From Macrostomum lignano (Eukaryota), in the NCBI GenBank assembly GCA_002269645.1, contig NIVC01001093.1, positions 1 through 61,288 of the forward strand: 61,288 bases of DNA. The letters are read 5' to 3'. Below the pieces are notes generated by a model, which did not search any database, had not been told where the DNA came from, and saw only the letters and a list, made by a program, of their open reading frames with translations. The position numbers and the translations under genes are program-made. Numbering within the stretch: position 1 is the first letter of the stretch; each line of letters opens with the position of its first letter. Positions 1-11,376 of the stretch are shown piece after piece.

Positions 1-775
1 TTGAGTCAGTGAATATTGCGGTATTTGAGGCAGTAAATATTGGGTATTTGAGTCAGTTGGGTATTGGGTATTGAGTCAGTAAATATCGGGTATTTGAGTC
101 AGTGAATATCGGGTATTTGAGTCAGTGAATATCGGGTATTTGAGTCAGTGAATATCGGGTATTTGAGTCAGTGAATATCGGGTATTTGAGTCAGTGAATA
201 TCGGGTATTTGAGTCAGTGAATATTGGGTATTTGAGTCAGTAAATATTGGGTATTTGAGTCAGTGAATATTGGGTATTTGAGTCAGTGAATATCGGGTAT
301 TTGAGTCAGTGAATATCGGGTATTTGAGTCAGTGAATATCGGGTATTTGAGTCAGTAAATATTGGGTATTTGAGTCAGTGAATATTGGGTATTTGAGTCA
401 GTAAATATTGGGTATTTGAGTCAGTGAATATTGGGTATTTGAGTCAGTGAATATTGGGTATTTGAGTCAGTGAATATCGGGTATTTGAGTCAGTGAATAT
501 TGGGTATTGAGTCAGTAATATCGGTATTTGAGTCAGTGAATATCGGGTATTTGAGTCAGTGAATATTGGGTATTGAGTCAGTGAATATCGGGTATTTGAG
601 TCAGTGAATATCGGGTATTTGAGTCAGTGAATATCGGGTATTTGAGTCAGTGAATATTGGGTATTTGAGTCAGTAAATATTGGGTATTTGAGTCAGTGAA
701 TATTGGGTATTTGAGTCAGTGAATATTGGGTATTTGAGTCAGTGAATATTGGGTATTTGAGGCAGTAAATATCGG
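1..775. repeat. 23-bp minisatellite (TTGAGTCAGTGAATATCGGGTAT), about 33 copies, in GNL2 intron 3
   Basis: Tandem units read directly; the array runs off the left window edge. Confidence 0.97.
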
Positions 776-1020
776 AAATTTTAATCAGACAGTCTTGAGT
801 AGTTGAGACAGTCTTAGGTATTTTAGTGGGTAATTTTTAAGGTGTTTTTAACTCGTTACTTTAGCAAAACACTTCCTGACTAATATTACTTATGCAAGCT
901 CGAAAATAAGTGCATTGAACAATTACACGGAAAGGAGAGCTTCTCTCATAGAAACTCAGCTATGATTGTACGAGCGTACATGTAATTAAGCATCGAATAA
1001 TTTCAAAATGAGGCACTTGC

Positions 1021-1525
1021 CGAACCATTTTCTGTTGGGTGCAATGCGGGCCACAGTGCCAGACGGCAGAGTGGATTGAAACGGTGCCGCTTTGACTATC
1101 TTGCCAGTTTTGTCCCTGTTAGCAAAGGTTAATTAGAGGATTAATATGATTAGTTGCAATTCTAATAATATGATTATTGCCTGTAATTCTTTTTACCCAC
1201 CATGCAAGAATTTCGCTCCACATTCTTTACTTTCTACTTATTAGTAGACAAACTCTCACAACAAATATTTTACCTTTTGGGCTTGAAATTCCTGTACATC
1301 TGCAGCCTGCGAATGGTGCTCTTGTCTCGCATTCCATCTCCTGTGCGCTGTCTGTCTGCAATGGAAAATGCATATTTAAATATATATACGGTCTATAAGA
1401 TAAAGCAACCAACAATTGAAACTTGTGCACTTACCAACATTGAGACTGTGTCCCGTACTGTTCACCCTGTTCCCAGTTCTTGCCTTGCCTTTGTTGGCCT
1501 GCCCTTTCTGCTTCGGCTTCCCCAT
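1021..1525 (-). CDS. GNL2: Nucleolar GTP-binding protein 2 (NOG2), first three coding exons; the gene continues off-window
   Basis: Exons 1525-1435, 1355-1274 and 1115-1021 splice in phase to MGKPKQKG...HSLNVDRQRTGDGMRDKSTIRRLQMYRNFKPKRDKTGKIVKAAPFQSTLPSGTVARIAPNRKWF. This matches the GNL2 N-terminal motifs MRD.ATIRRL.MYR and ARVEPN.KWFGNTRVI. Confidence 0.92.
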
Positions 1526-1751
1526 GGCATGAAGGAATGAAGAATCAGTTGGGAAGCTGCAGCAAATCAATCAACACACGGAAAGTCAAATTGAGAACAC
1601 AGTGTACTTGCACTTGAAGATGCAAAGTAACATCATGGAAAACTGAAGCACGAAAAGCACTACACTCGTCGCAAATTGTAGCAAATTTCACTGCGAAATG
1701 CATTGACGAGACAGGAAGACTTCAGTTTTTCAGATATTGGGAATTAAGTGC

Positions 1752-2266
1752 TAATAATAATATAATAATAATTGATTACACCTGCCCTGATGACCAGATG
1801 TGTAACCGACAGCTCAGCCGCATCTGAAGACTGCGTACGGCTGTTCAGTCCAAGGCCTGGGGGGGGGGTCACTACACACATCCTCAACAGAGAATATTGA
1901 GCATACATAGAATGCCAACGTAGCTTTTAAAAGTGAAGCAGATTTTCGCGTTCCGCCGGGAGTTTGGCTTTGGACCATAGACTAAAGTGTTTTGAGCTAA
2001 AATATATTTGTGATAAATGTAGAAATGAGAACTTTAAATAATTAATTGAATACATCTTTCTAGCTCAGGGCACCTAATTTTTCATATATTTTTAGTCTAT
2101 GGTCCAAAGCCAAACTCCCGGCGGAACGCGAAAATTGGCTTCACTTTTTAAAGCTACGAGTCCGTTGGCATTCTATGTATGCTCATCAATATTCTCTAAT
2201 CCTCATTTACCCTAGCTAATGCTAGCACCCTTTTACAGCTGGGTGAACTGAAACAATGCAGAATCA
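1752..2266 (-). mobile_element. 5'-truncated copy of the CORE-type SINE, interrupted by a MITE
   Basis: The reverse complement of 1752-1887 and 2199-2266 matches the body and tail of the SINE at 25935-26256. Confidence 0.85.
1888..2198. mobile_element. Fold-back hAT-like MITE
   Basis: About 95-bp inverted arms (CAGAGAATATTGA.../...TCAATATTCTCTA); 8-bp TSD atcctcaa/atcctcat (7 of 8 identical). Confidence 0.8.
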
Positions 2267-2865
2267 AGACGCGCTAACTGCTAAACCTCCAACGAAATTG
2301 CCACGAGTTGCAAGTGCAGCGCATGGATGCTTAATATAATTAATATTTAACTATTGACAATAAGGAAATAAACATCAAATTTTAGAAATCAGCGTCTATC
2401 AAACAAAATGTTACAATTAGCCACTCGTGTATTTCCATGGCAATACAGTTACTATGTACTAATTAAGACAGTACCATAGAGTCGTTCTTGAAGTAGCCTA
2501 AAGTACAACTCAAATTACGCATAAAAAATATTAATGACAATTTTTGGTTATAAATTAAAAGACTAACGGATGTCAGAGTTGAATTATTAAATTGTGTAAA
2601 TCATTCAACAGATTAAAAATATCAGAGAAATCGTAGTTATAAATCATAGTAAACAATTTTGCAGCCTAGTTGATCCTGCAATTACTCGATTGAATAATGC
2701 ATTGGCCGTCTATGGCACAGACTGGGCCTTTCCTAATACCAATGATAAATTGCGTACTCACAGAATCAACTAGGCTGCAAAAGGGTAGTAACATGTAATG
2801 CAAACAGATTATACAGACAGAAGCGAGAATAGAGGCATAGCACCAGGTATAACATAGATGGCACA

Positions 2866-3222
2866 ACTACTCAAGTAGAAGCACGGGAAAGTACATTTCT
2901 TAGAAAATTTTTAGGAGGCATGCTTTACCGAAAAAGTACATTACGGAGATCGGAGGTTTATTATCTACACACGATCACTCTAAGCTTTTTGTGCCTCTTT
3001 TGATTGTTACGCATATGACATGTGTGTAGGATATGAAATTAATATAAAATCCTAGTTTTATAAATGAAAAACTCTAGGAATATCAATAGAACTATAAGAA
3101 AGGCGACCTATCAAATGATGAACTTTGGGTCTGCCTCCTATTAAAAACAATAACAGTTTTTTTAGCTGAAAATTGAAAACCTCCTGTCTCCGTAATGTAC
3201 TTTTAGGTTCTACTTGAGTAGT
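2866..3222. mobile_element. MITE-like element with imperfect terminal inverted repeats
   Basis: The left end ACTACTCAAGTAGAA...AAAAGTACATTACGGAGA is mirrored at 3178-3222; no clear TSD. Confidence 0.65.
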
Positions 3223-3741
3223 CCTTGGATAACATATCTATGAAAATGTAGCATGTAAAATATAGTAAATTTACATTATATAATCTATTGTGTGGAATAT
3301 AGTTCCCGTACAGAACAAATAGTATACACATTTATGCACATTTAATTAATGATTTTAATCACATTGCAAGGTAAAGGAATAATCGAAACACGCACAAGGA
3401 ATGGTAAATAAAAATCCAAAGTAAAAACTATATAGATAGAAAGAGAAAAAAGTCAATCAAATGTTTTGTTCGCAAGCAGACAAGGCGCAATAACCGCGAT
3501 GCACTGATGAGCATCGCTACAGAACACAGAGAAGTGCACAAAGACTGGAGTACATTCGTTATAGTTCGTTAGCAACAAAATACAGTACATAAGAAAGGCT
3601 TCAATATTATAGTGAGAAATCAGCATGCTAGACAATAGACAGTAACAAGTAATCCAAAGTATGAGGTGATGAATTTGGCTACTGAAAAAATAAACAGAAT
3701 GCCCTGATTAGTGGGTCAATCTACCGAGTCACTAGACAGCT

Positions 3742-6700
3742 TCAAAGCCCTTCTGCTTCATCTGGCGACCTGGCCGGCTCAGCAATGGCCGGCTTGCCAA
3801 CAGTTCCAATTATCTTTGTCTCCTTGGCAACCTGGCGAGTGCGTGAAGACGGATGCATTGGAGCAGCATAATAGAATGATTTGAATGCGTTTTACATGCT
3901 CTCGCCAGTAGTCAACTTGCAAATTTAAGGTAATTTCATTGATATTGACGCTGAAAACAGTGCCGGCTCACCCGTCTATCCAGCTCGTACACGGAGTCGG
4001 GCAGGTCCAGCTGATCTGGCCCGACCAGATGGAACACCTCCTGCAGGCAGTCGGCAAACTGCTGGCAAAGCCCAGGAGCGGTGAATCTGGCGAACCACCA
4101 CCAGAACATGCGGGTCCGCCTGTCCGCGTGCAGGTGAATGAGGCAAGCCAGGTTGCTGGACCAGCGCGGATCGCCGGTGAGTAGGTCGCGCAACTCCTAC
4201 AGATGGCAGGCAGGTCCCTGTTCAGGCGCTTACCGCTCTGCATTTACAGACCTCTCTTTCCTATTATATCCTTTTCTCCGCTACCTCTTCTATTATAAAT
4301 CTCTCTTGTATTTACCCCTCCCTCCCCATCTCTAGCCTACTTCTCTCCATCTCTAGCCTACTTCTCTCCACCTCTAGCCTACCTCTCTACATTTCAAGCC
4401 TCCCTCTCTCCATCTCTACCCTACCTCTTTCCATCTCAAGCCTCCCCATCTTCATATCTACCCTCCCTCACTCCATCTCTACCCTCCCTCACTCCATCTT
4501 TACCCTCCCTCACTCCATCTCTACCCTCCCTCACTCCATCTCTACCCTCCCTCACTCCATCTTTACCCTCCCTCACTCTATCTTTACCCTCCCTCACTCC
4601 ATCTCTACCCTCCCTCACTCCATCTCTACCCTCCCTCACTCCATCTTTACCCTCCCTCACTCCATCTTTACCCTCCCTCACTCCATCTTTACCCTCCCTC
4701 ACTCCATCTTTACCCTCCCTCACTCCATTTTAAGCCTGTCTCTCTTTATCTCTACTCTTCTTTTCTCCATCTCAACTCTTTATCTGTACCCCTTCTACTC
4801 GCCCGTCTACCCTTTCACGGCAAATAAAGAGGCCGAGTTTGCGCACCTTCAGAAAAGCGGAATGCGGCAGCGCATCGTAGCCGCAGTGCGCGTACAGCAG
4901 CACGTATGGCTGGCCAACCAGCGGCTCCAGCACGCTCAACACTAGCAGAGCCAAATCTTCGTAGTTGCGCTGAGCCAATGGCGGCATCCGGGACCCTATG
5001 ACAACAATAACTGGCCGGCCATGGACATCGTGGCCGCTGTGGAATAGACAGCGGGCGGCCCGCAGCCGGCTGAGGTCCTGCTGCCTGCGGAAATAATCGA
5101 ATTGATTTTATACGTGTAAATCGCAATAAGAAAAAATGAAGGTCAGTTTAGCTGACCTCTGAGCACGTACACCGGTAAGTAGGCAGGCCCAGACTGGCAC
5201 AGGAGTGTACAGCGGCCCTAACTTCATTAGCATGTACATTGTACACTTCACTGTGCCTTGGGGGGCTGGCCCTAAAGGCCGTTAATTGACACGAGCAGAG
5301 CCAAGCCGAGATTCCAATTTAGCCTCAGATTAATCTTGATGCGCATCAACCGTGCGTGCATTTAAAACTCGCTCGTCACTGCTCTTGAAATCGGGCCGCA
5401 GCAGGCCAGCGTGCGCTTCATCTCCATCTCAAGACTCAACAATATCATAAAACAGGATTACACAAGAGTACAGAAAATACAGAAGTACACAGCACTGGCA
5501 AGCCCAACCTGGCCCGGCGCAACCAACGATCGTAGCGACGCTCGCTAGACAGAACCTGATCGGCGCGAATCACGTCAGCGGTCTGTCGCCTGCCACCAGC
5601 GTTGACTCGTCCGCTGCCTCCCGCGCCTTTTCCTACGCCAGCGCCGCCGCCGCCGCTGCAACTGCCGACGCGCTTCTGCCAACGACTAGCGTCGCTGTCG
5701 GGATTCTGCTCCATGCGGGCGAAGGCGTGAGACCCGACGCCGGACACCGCCAGTCCGGAGTCCTGCTCAGCGCCGTAGCCAGCGAGGACACTGGCCGTGG
5801 CAGCGACTGCCGTCTCAATTTGATCACCCATCGCCGCCTCGGACGGTGGCGGAGACGGGCTGGACTCGCGGGAGCAGTCGCTGCCGACAGGAAAGTGACA
5901 TTACAAACTGAATAGAATGTCAGTTGCCTAAAACAGTGCTACTCTACCGCTACCCTTCCCACTGAAAACGTCACCGTGACAAGAATAGCTAGAGTCATTG
6001 CAAACAACTCACTAGTGACTCTAGAGAGTCAGGAGCGCATCACGTGAGCTGCAGAATCGTAAGAGTCGCAAAAATTCGTCCAAGAGGTGTTGTGTTGACG
6101 CTTAACTTTCTACTAACTCAAGTAGACTAAATAGAGTTATGATATATGCGAAATGCAATTCTAATTGATAAAGTGGCGCAGGTGCGCCTCAGAGTCTTTT
6201 TAAAGTCGCAGGCAATAAAACGCCTCAAATTGACTCTAAGGCAACTCTTTGATGACTTTTTGGCGACTTGTACCGTGACATCTCGTCATTTTAGAGTCGT
6301 CTCAGAGTCACTTCTTGCCTATTTTCCTCTGTTAACTGCAAAGAATACGAAATAACCATGGGGCGACGCAAGTGACTCTGAGATGCTTCTTAGCCTAGGT
6401 ACCGATTTCATCATCGGATTGTGCTACGCGCTGTCTTTCATCAGTAAGCTGCTATCATATCCCACACAAATGCAGAGCACATCAAGAAGCCAATTCAATT
6501 CAATACAGGCCGCTCACCGCTGCTCGCCAAGCGGATTAGCGGCAATCCGAATGCCCCGGCCCTGGTGCACCGGTTCGCCCATTAGGCCGCCAAGATTGGC
6601 GCCGGCCAGGGCAATTTTTGACTGACGCAGCTCGGCCGGCCGGCGGGGAAAGTACAGGGCGGCCAGCTCCGGGTAGCAGGCGCCGTTCTGGTCGCTGGTA

Positions 6701-7012
6701 GCCAAAACCAGGCGGCTCAGGCCGTCGCCGTGTCGTTCAAGAAATCGGCGCAAACAGCGCAGAATGAGATGGGCGCCTTCCTCTGGCGGATAGCCGCGCT
6801 TAATGGAATGAATTGGGGCCAAGCCGAGAGTGTCCAAGCCGCGATCCAGCACCTGTTCCAGCACGGCTCGGGTGCTGTTGTACAGGGCGCTCTCCGCTGC
6901 TGTGCGATACTTGGCGTTGTAGCGGGGCCCGATGGTGTGGATGATGAAGCGTGCCGGCAGGCGGTAGCCTTTGGTGACTTTGGCCTCGCCTGTTCTGCAA
7001 CCTGCGCGAGTG

Positions 7013-7053
<41 letters not shown>

Positions 7054-7073
7054 CTAGATAGATAGATAGATAC

Positions 7074-7122
<49 letters not shown>

Positions 7123-8225
7123 CAATGTAGATAGATAAATAAATAGATAGATAGTTAGGTAGATAGACAGGTAGACAGGTAGATAGATAGATAGGTAGAT
7201 AGATAGATACATACATACATACATACATACATACATACATACATACATACATACATACATACATAGGTAGATATATAGGTAGGTAGGTAGACAGGTAGAC
7301 AGGTAGATAGATAGATAGGTAGATAGATAGATACATACATACATACATACATAGGTAGATAGATAGGTAGGTAGGTAGACAGGTAGACAGGTAGATAGAT
7401 AGATAGGTAGATAGATAGATAGATAGATGGACAATGTAGATAGATAAATAAATAGATAGATAGTTAGGTAGAGGGACAGGTAGACAGGTAGATAGATAGA
7501 TACATACATACATACATAGGTAGATAGATAGTTAGGTAGACAGACAGGTAGGTAGATAGATAGATAGATAGATACATACATACATACATACATAGGTAGA
7601 TAGATAGGTTGGTAGGTAGACAGACAGGTAGGTAGATAGATAAGGTATAGTAATGACTCACTTCGAACAGATTCAGCCACTCCTGCTGCAGCGCCGGGCC
7701 GCCCAGATCAAGGATGCGGACAGACAGCGGATTGCGATCGCTCATAGTTTCATTGCTAACGTTAACTATGGCCGTGGCCTTCAGCGTAGCAAGATCGCCG
7801 GACCTTGAAAAAATGAATTGTTGATCTTGTGTCACCATTGCAACTAGACTGATGTACATCTGTGCTACGGCAGTTCGATAAAAGAACTACAGTTGCTGAA
7901 ACTAGATCTTTTGTTTCGCCCTGATTTTCTAATCATCAGGCTTGGGAATTGGCGCTTATGGGTGTAAATTGAACAACAAACCACCGGCCAATTTTCGTGC
8001 TAGTCTACTGACACAAGTAGAAAGTGTAGAGTTTGGCAGAGCCACTCACCAGAGCACCAGCTTGCTGTTAATGCCGGCATCAATAGGAAATGGCGCGTCG
8101 CGACTGCTAGTCTGCTGATCTTCGTCGGTCTCGACTGAATCGGCGGATTCGCCGCCGGCCTCCTGCCAGGTGGCGAGCTGCATCGGGTCCACGGACACGA
8201 GGACAGCGTCTAGCGGATCGGACAT
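3742..8225 (-). CDS. GDAP2: GDAP2 (macro domain plus CRAL-TRIO/BNIP-type domain), 7 exons
   Basis: Exons 8225-8050, 7803-7662, 7001-6518, 5880-5509, 5084-4847, 4196-3972, 3831-3742. Motifs: KLVLWSGDLATLKATAIVNVSNE, CRTGEAKVTKGYRLPARFIIHTIGPRY, KRGYPPEEGAHLILRCLRRFLE, HAFARME, RYDRWLRRAR, PYVLLYAH. The exon 2/3 junction is out of phase by 1 nt. Confidence 0.93.
4335..4735. repeat. Pyrimidine-rich 21-bp minisatellite (CTCCATCTTTACCCTCCCTCA) in GDAP2 intron 5
   Basis: Tandem units read directly. Confidence 0.95.
7010..7645. repeat. Compound (GATA)n/(TACA)n/(GGTA)n microsatellite filling GDAP2 intron 2
   Basis: Read directly. Confidence 0.97.
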
Positions 8226-9099
8226 CGGGCCGCTAACTGCTGCCTATTAGCTATATGATGATACTTTAAGCTGCCGCGATAGATCAACACTGAAGAGCCG
8301 GGTCACCGCATGCGCGACCGTTTATAACGGCTATACTGCGCTGAAATTGATATTCTTTTACTTTATTTTTATTTTTCAAACGCTTTCAAGCTTAAATGAG
8401 ATAGAGACGAGCTAGAGTGAGAAAGAGCTGATACTTATAGTGAGAGAGAGAGATGGAGAGAGTCGGAGAAGAACGCAATTATTTTTTTGATTACGAGTAG
8501 AGGGCCGAGTCGGGATGAATATTTACTCTAGGAAGGAATAGTCAATGAGGGGAGATAAGGGAACAGGAGTAATGGGGGAGAAAGAGATGAGGAAAGAAAG
8601 TGAGAAGGGAGATGGAGAGAGGAAGGAGAGAGGAAGAGGAGGAAAAAAATAATAAAGAATATAAAATATCTTTATACAAAAAAGTCAGAGAAAAAGAACA
8701 AAAAAATCTGAATCGATAGATGAAAAATGAAATATGCAGAGCTCAAAGTGGATGCATTTATTTCGCTTACAGAATAGGAAAATGGAAAGTAACAACGGGA
8801 GAAAGTGAAACTTATAACGGCGTGCGGGGCAGTTGCATATCTGTTACAGACCCTCCATATTGTTAAACGGAAAGGTTAAACGATAAATCGGTGGTGACCA
8901 CAGATACTAGAATAACTAGATGTCACTCGAAAAAATGAGTTTATGTACTCTTTCTCAGCAAAAAAATTTTTGCCTTCAAAGTAAAAAAATCAGTAGAATA
9001 CACAATGTTAAAGTTTTTTAAGCTGCAACAATTGCATCTGGCTTTCTCAGCTTCAGCCAGGCCGATAAACAGCTTGGTTTTCCTCTTTCCCGCTTGTGT

Positions 9100-9310
9100 C
9101 TGACTTTGACCTCTCTCCATACTGCTCTCTCATTGGCTGAGCTAGATTGGGCCAGCCCCCTAGGCTGTCCTTCTGACTTTCAACTCTCCTTACTGCTCTC
9201 TCATTGGCTGAGCTAGATTGGGCCAGCCCACTACGCTGTCCGTCTGACTTTCAACTCTCTCTCTCCTTACTGCTCTCTCATTGGCTGAGTTAGATTGGGC
9301 CTGCCCCCTA
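9100..9310. repeat. About 72-bp tandem repeat, 3 copies
   Basis: CTGACTTT...TACTGCTCTCTCATTGGCTGAGCTAGATTGGGCC recurs at about 9100, 9174 and 9244. Confidence 0.85.
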
Positions 9311-10133
9311 GGCTGAGTTTCGCCTGTCTCGTGTTCACGTGTGCACATCAAGTTAACTGCTTATTGTTCATTCTTAACCCCATACTGTATCCTCCTGAGG
9401 CCGCATACCCCGTGGAAGGGAAAAAAATTTAGCTGCCACATTCAATTTAACGGACACTGCGCGGACAAACTACTGGAAAAAGAGTAGACGCTTTGCTTTT
9501 TTACAACTTTAATTGCGAGTGACACATCTGGTTATTCTGATAACTGTGGTGGTGACTAAACCAAATTAAGCAAGGTCAGCCCTATACTCGTAGCCGCAAA
9601 TGCGCCTCTGCTAGAAATCACAGTTTATTCAGATGACTCAAACTTAAATACATTAGGGGAAGTGCTTCATCGTTACAACGAAACAGATAGGAGAGGTTTT
9701 TCAACTTATTAAAACATAAGAAAGCAGTGCATTGTTACTATTCTTAGCTTTTCAGACTCGAGTCCCCCTTCCATTTTCTTCAATATATGGCTTAATAATA
9801 TTATATTTGTGGCGCTGACTGCTTGCTTTTCTTTTCATAAAATAGCTTACACACATCCTTCCTTACTACTGAACTGAAAGTAGAGACACTGTTTTAGCAA
9901 GCCAACGTGCCTATGGTCTATCTAGTTTTTAAGTAGTTGTGATATACATTAGCCATTATTTTAAAGCCATCGCTTTCGGCACTTGTACAACACTGCGCAT
10001 TAGTCTAAGTAGTAGAAAGATTCACATTTAGGAATAATATTTATCTACAAACACATTGGAAGGCTATACCAGAATAGCGAGGGTGCCAAAAAAGCGCAAT
10101 ACGTCAAGTTACAGTTTGGTATAAGGTCAGCAG

Positions 10134-11050
10134 TCACAGGTACATACTCTCAGCTTGGCTGCTCATCTTCTTAGGCAGTCGGACCAGCTCGTCAAAGTAG
10201 GAGGCCAGCTCGTACACGGTCAGATCCGGATAGGCGTCGCCAACCAGACGGCAGCGCTCCGTTGAATAGGTCGACGCTTCGCCAACGCCGGCACTGGCTA
10301 GTAGAGAGGCTTGTTCCGCTGTGGAATCGCTTGCCGCGGTGCTAACTGAAGAATCCGATGCCGATGCGGGTTCTGATGGTGCTGCAGCTGGGGCCGCTGG
10401 CGGGGCTTCCAGAGCCAGTCGAGCCGCAGTGGTTGGTTTGTCCAAGCCGAATAGTCGAATATTGCGATCGCGCATCCACGCGCTTGACAACTGGGCCAGG
10501 TGCTGGTTGCTAAGCAACAGCTCGGCAATAGCGGTAGTGGATACTAGAATAGTACAGCTGGGATTGCGAGACAACTGACAGTGCAATCGGTGCTGCTGCT
10601 GCTGCAGTTTCCGCCTGCTTGGCCGGCGCAGCAGTCGGGACGGTTTGGATATGCGACGCAACGGGTCGGCGGCGACCGGGTGCTGCTGTTGACGCCTGGA
10701 GCAGAAGGCTGCGACCGTGACAGCGGCGGCCGACTCCCGCCTGGCCGCCAAAGCGTAGCGACGGCACAGCTGAGCCAGACTATCCGACGACAAGTCAGTC
10801 TGTCTACTCCTTCTAGTAGAGTGAGGTCCCTCATCGGCATCCTGATTGCCGGCTGGCACAATGGATAGGCTGGACAGGCGGGACAGCAGCGGGAGCAGGG
10901 CGCAGCTAGCGGTTGCGCTGCTTTTCACCGCCGAGCAATGCGCAACAACCAGGGTGCCACTGTTGACATCGCTCACAGTTGGCGCCGACTCTGGCAATAC
11001 TGGCTGGCCAGTGTCATCGGCAGCAGAGTCCGAATTCCTGGCACTTGTGG
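10134..11050 (-). CDS. OSER1: OSER1-like (oxidative stress-responsive serine-rich protein 1), large terminal exon; first exon not identified
   Basis: The C-terminus DLTVYELASYFDELVRLPKKMSSQAESMYL* matches the OSER1 family ending ([28 protein letters not shown]). The body is Ser/Ala-rich, with a probable acceptor gatccag| at 11051. Confidence 0.75.
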
Positions 11051-11120
11051 CTGGATCGATCAGGAAAGGAGAATTTAAGTGAAATTGTACTTTAACAATG
11101 CTTAAAGCATCAATTGTGAT

Positions 11121-11376
11121 CAAAGATGCCCAACAACCGGCCGACCGGTGGCGAGAGGTCTGGCCAAAGTAAGTCGCAAAAACGCTAGATTAAAAAGACG
11201 CAGTGACTATTTATATGACGAGGCATTTAGCTTTAATGATACAATTATAGTTACTCCTGCCGTTTACCCAAAATTTCGTTAATTTCTGCTTTATGGTTTC
11301 TTTCGTAGGTAAGTCGCATTTTTAGTCAAAAAGTAAGTCGCACGGCCAGGTGAAACTTCGAAGTTAAGCATGTATG
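11121..11376. mobile_element. hAT-type MITE (same family as 40487-40783)
   Basis: Perfect 8-bp TSD ATTGTGAT (11113-11120 and 11377-11384). The internal sequence (ATAGTTACTCCTGCCGTTTACCCAAA, AAGTCGCA motifs) is shared with the 40.5-kb copy. Confidence 0.88.

Noticed and set aside
6800-7680. ORFs of IYLS/MYVC repeats (also 54309-54723 and 56766-57791)
   Set aside because: They are microsatellite translations.
11051-11123. OSER1 start at TTG 11123, as in the ORF track
   Set aside because: The segment is pyrimidine-rich, ends in CAG and abuts a MITE TSD, so it is more likely intron.
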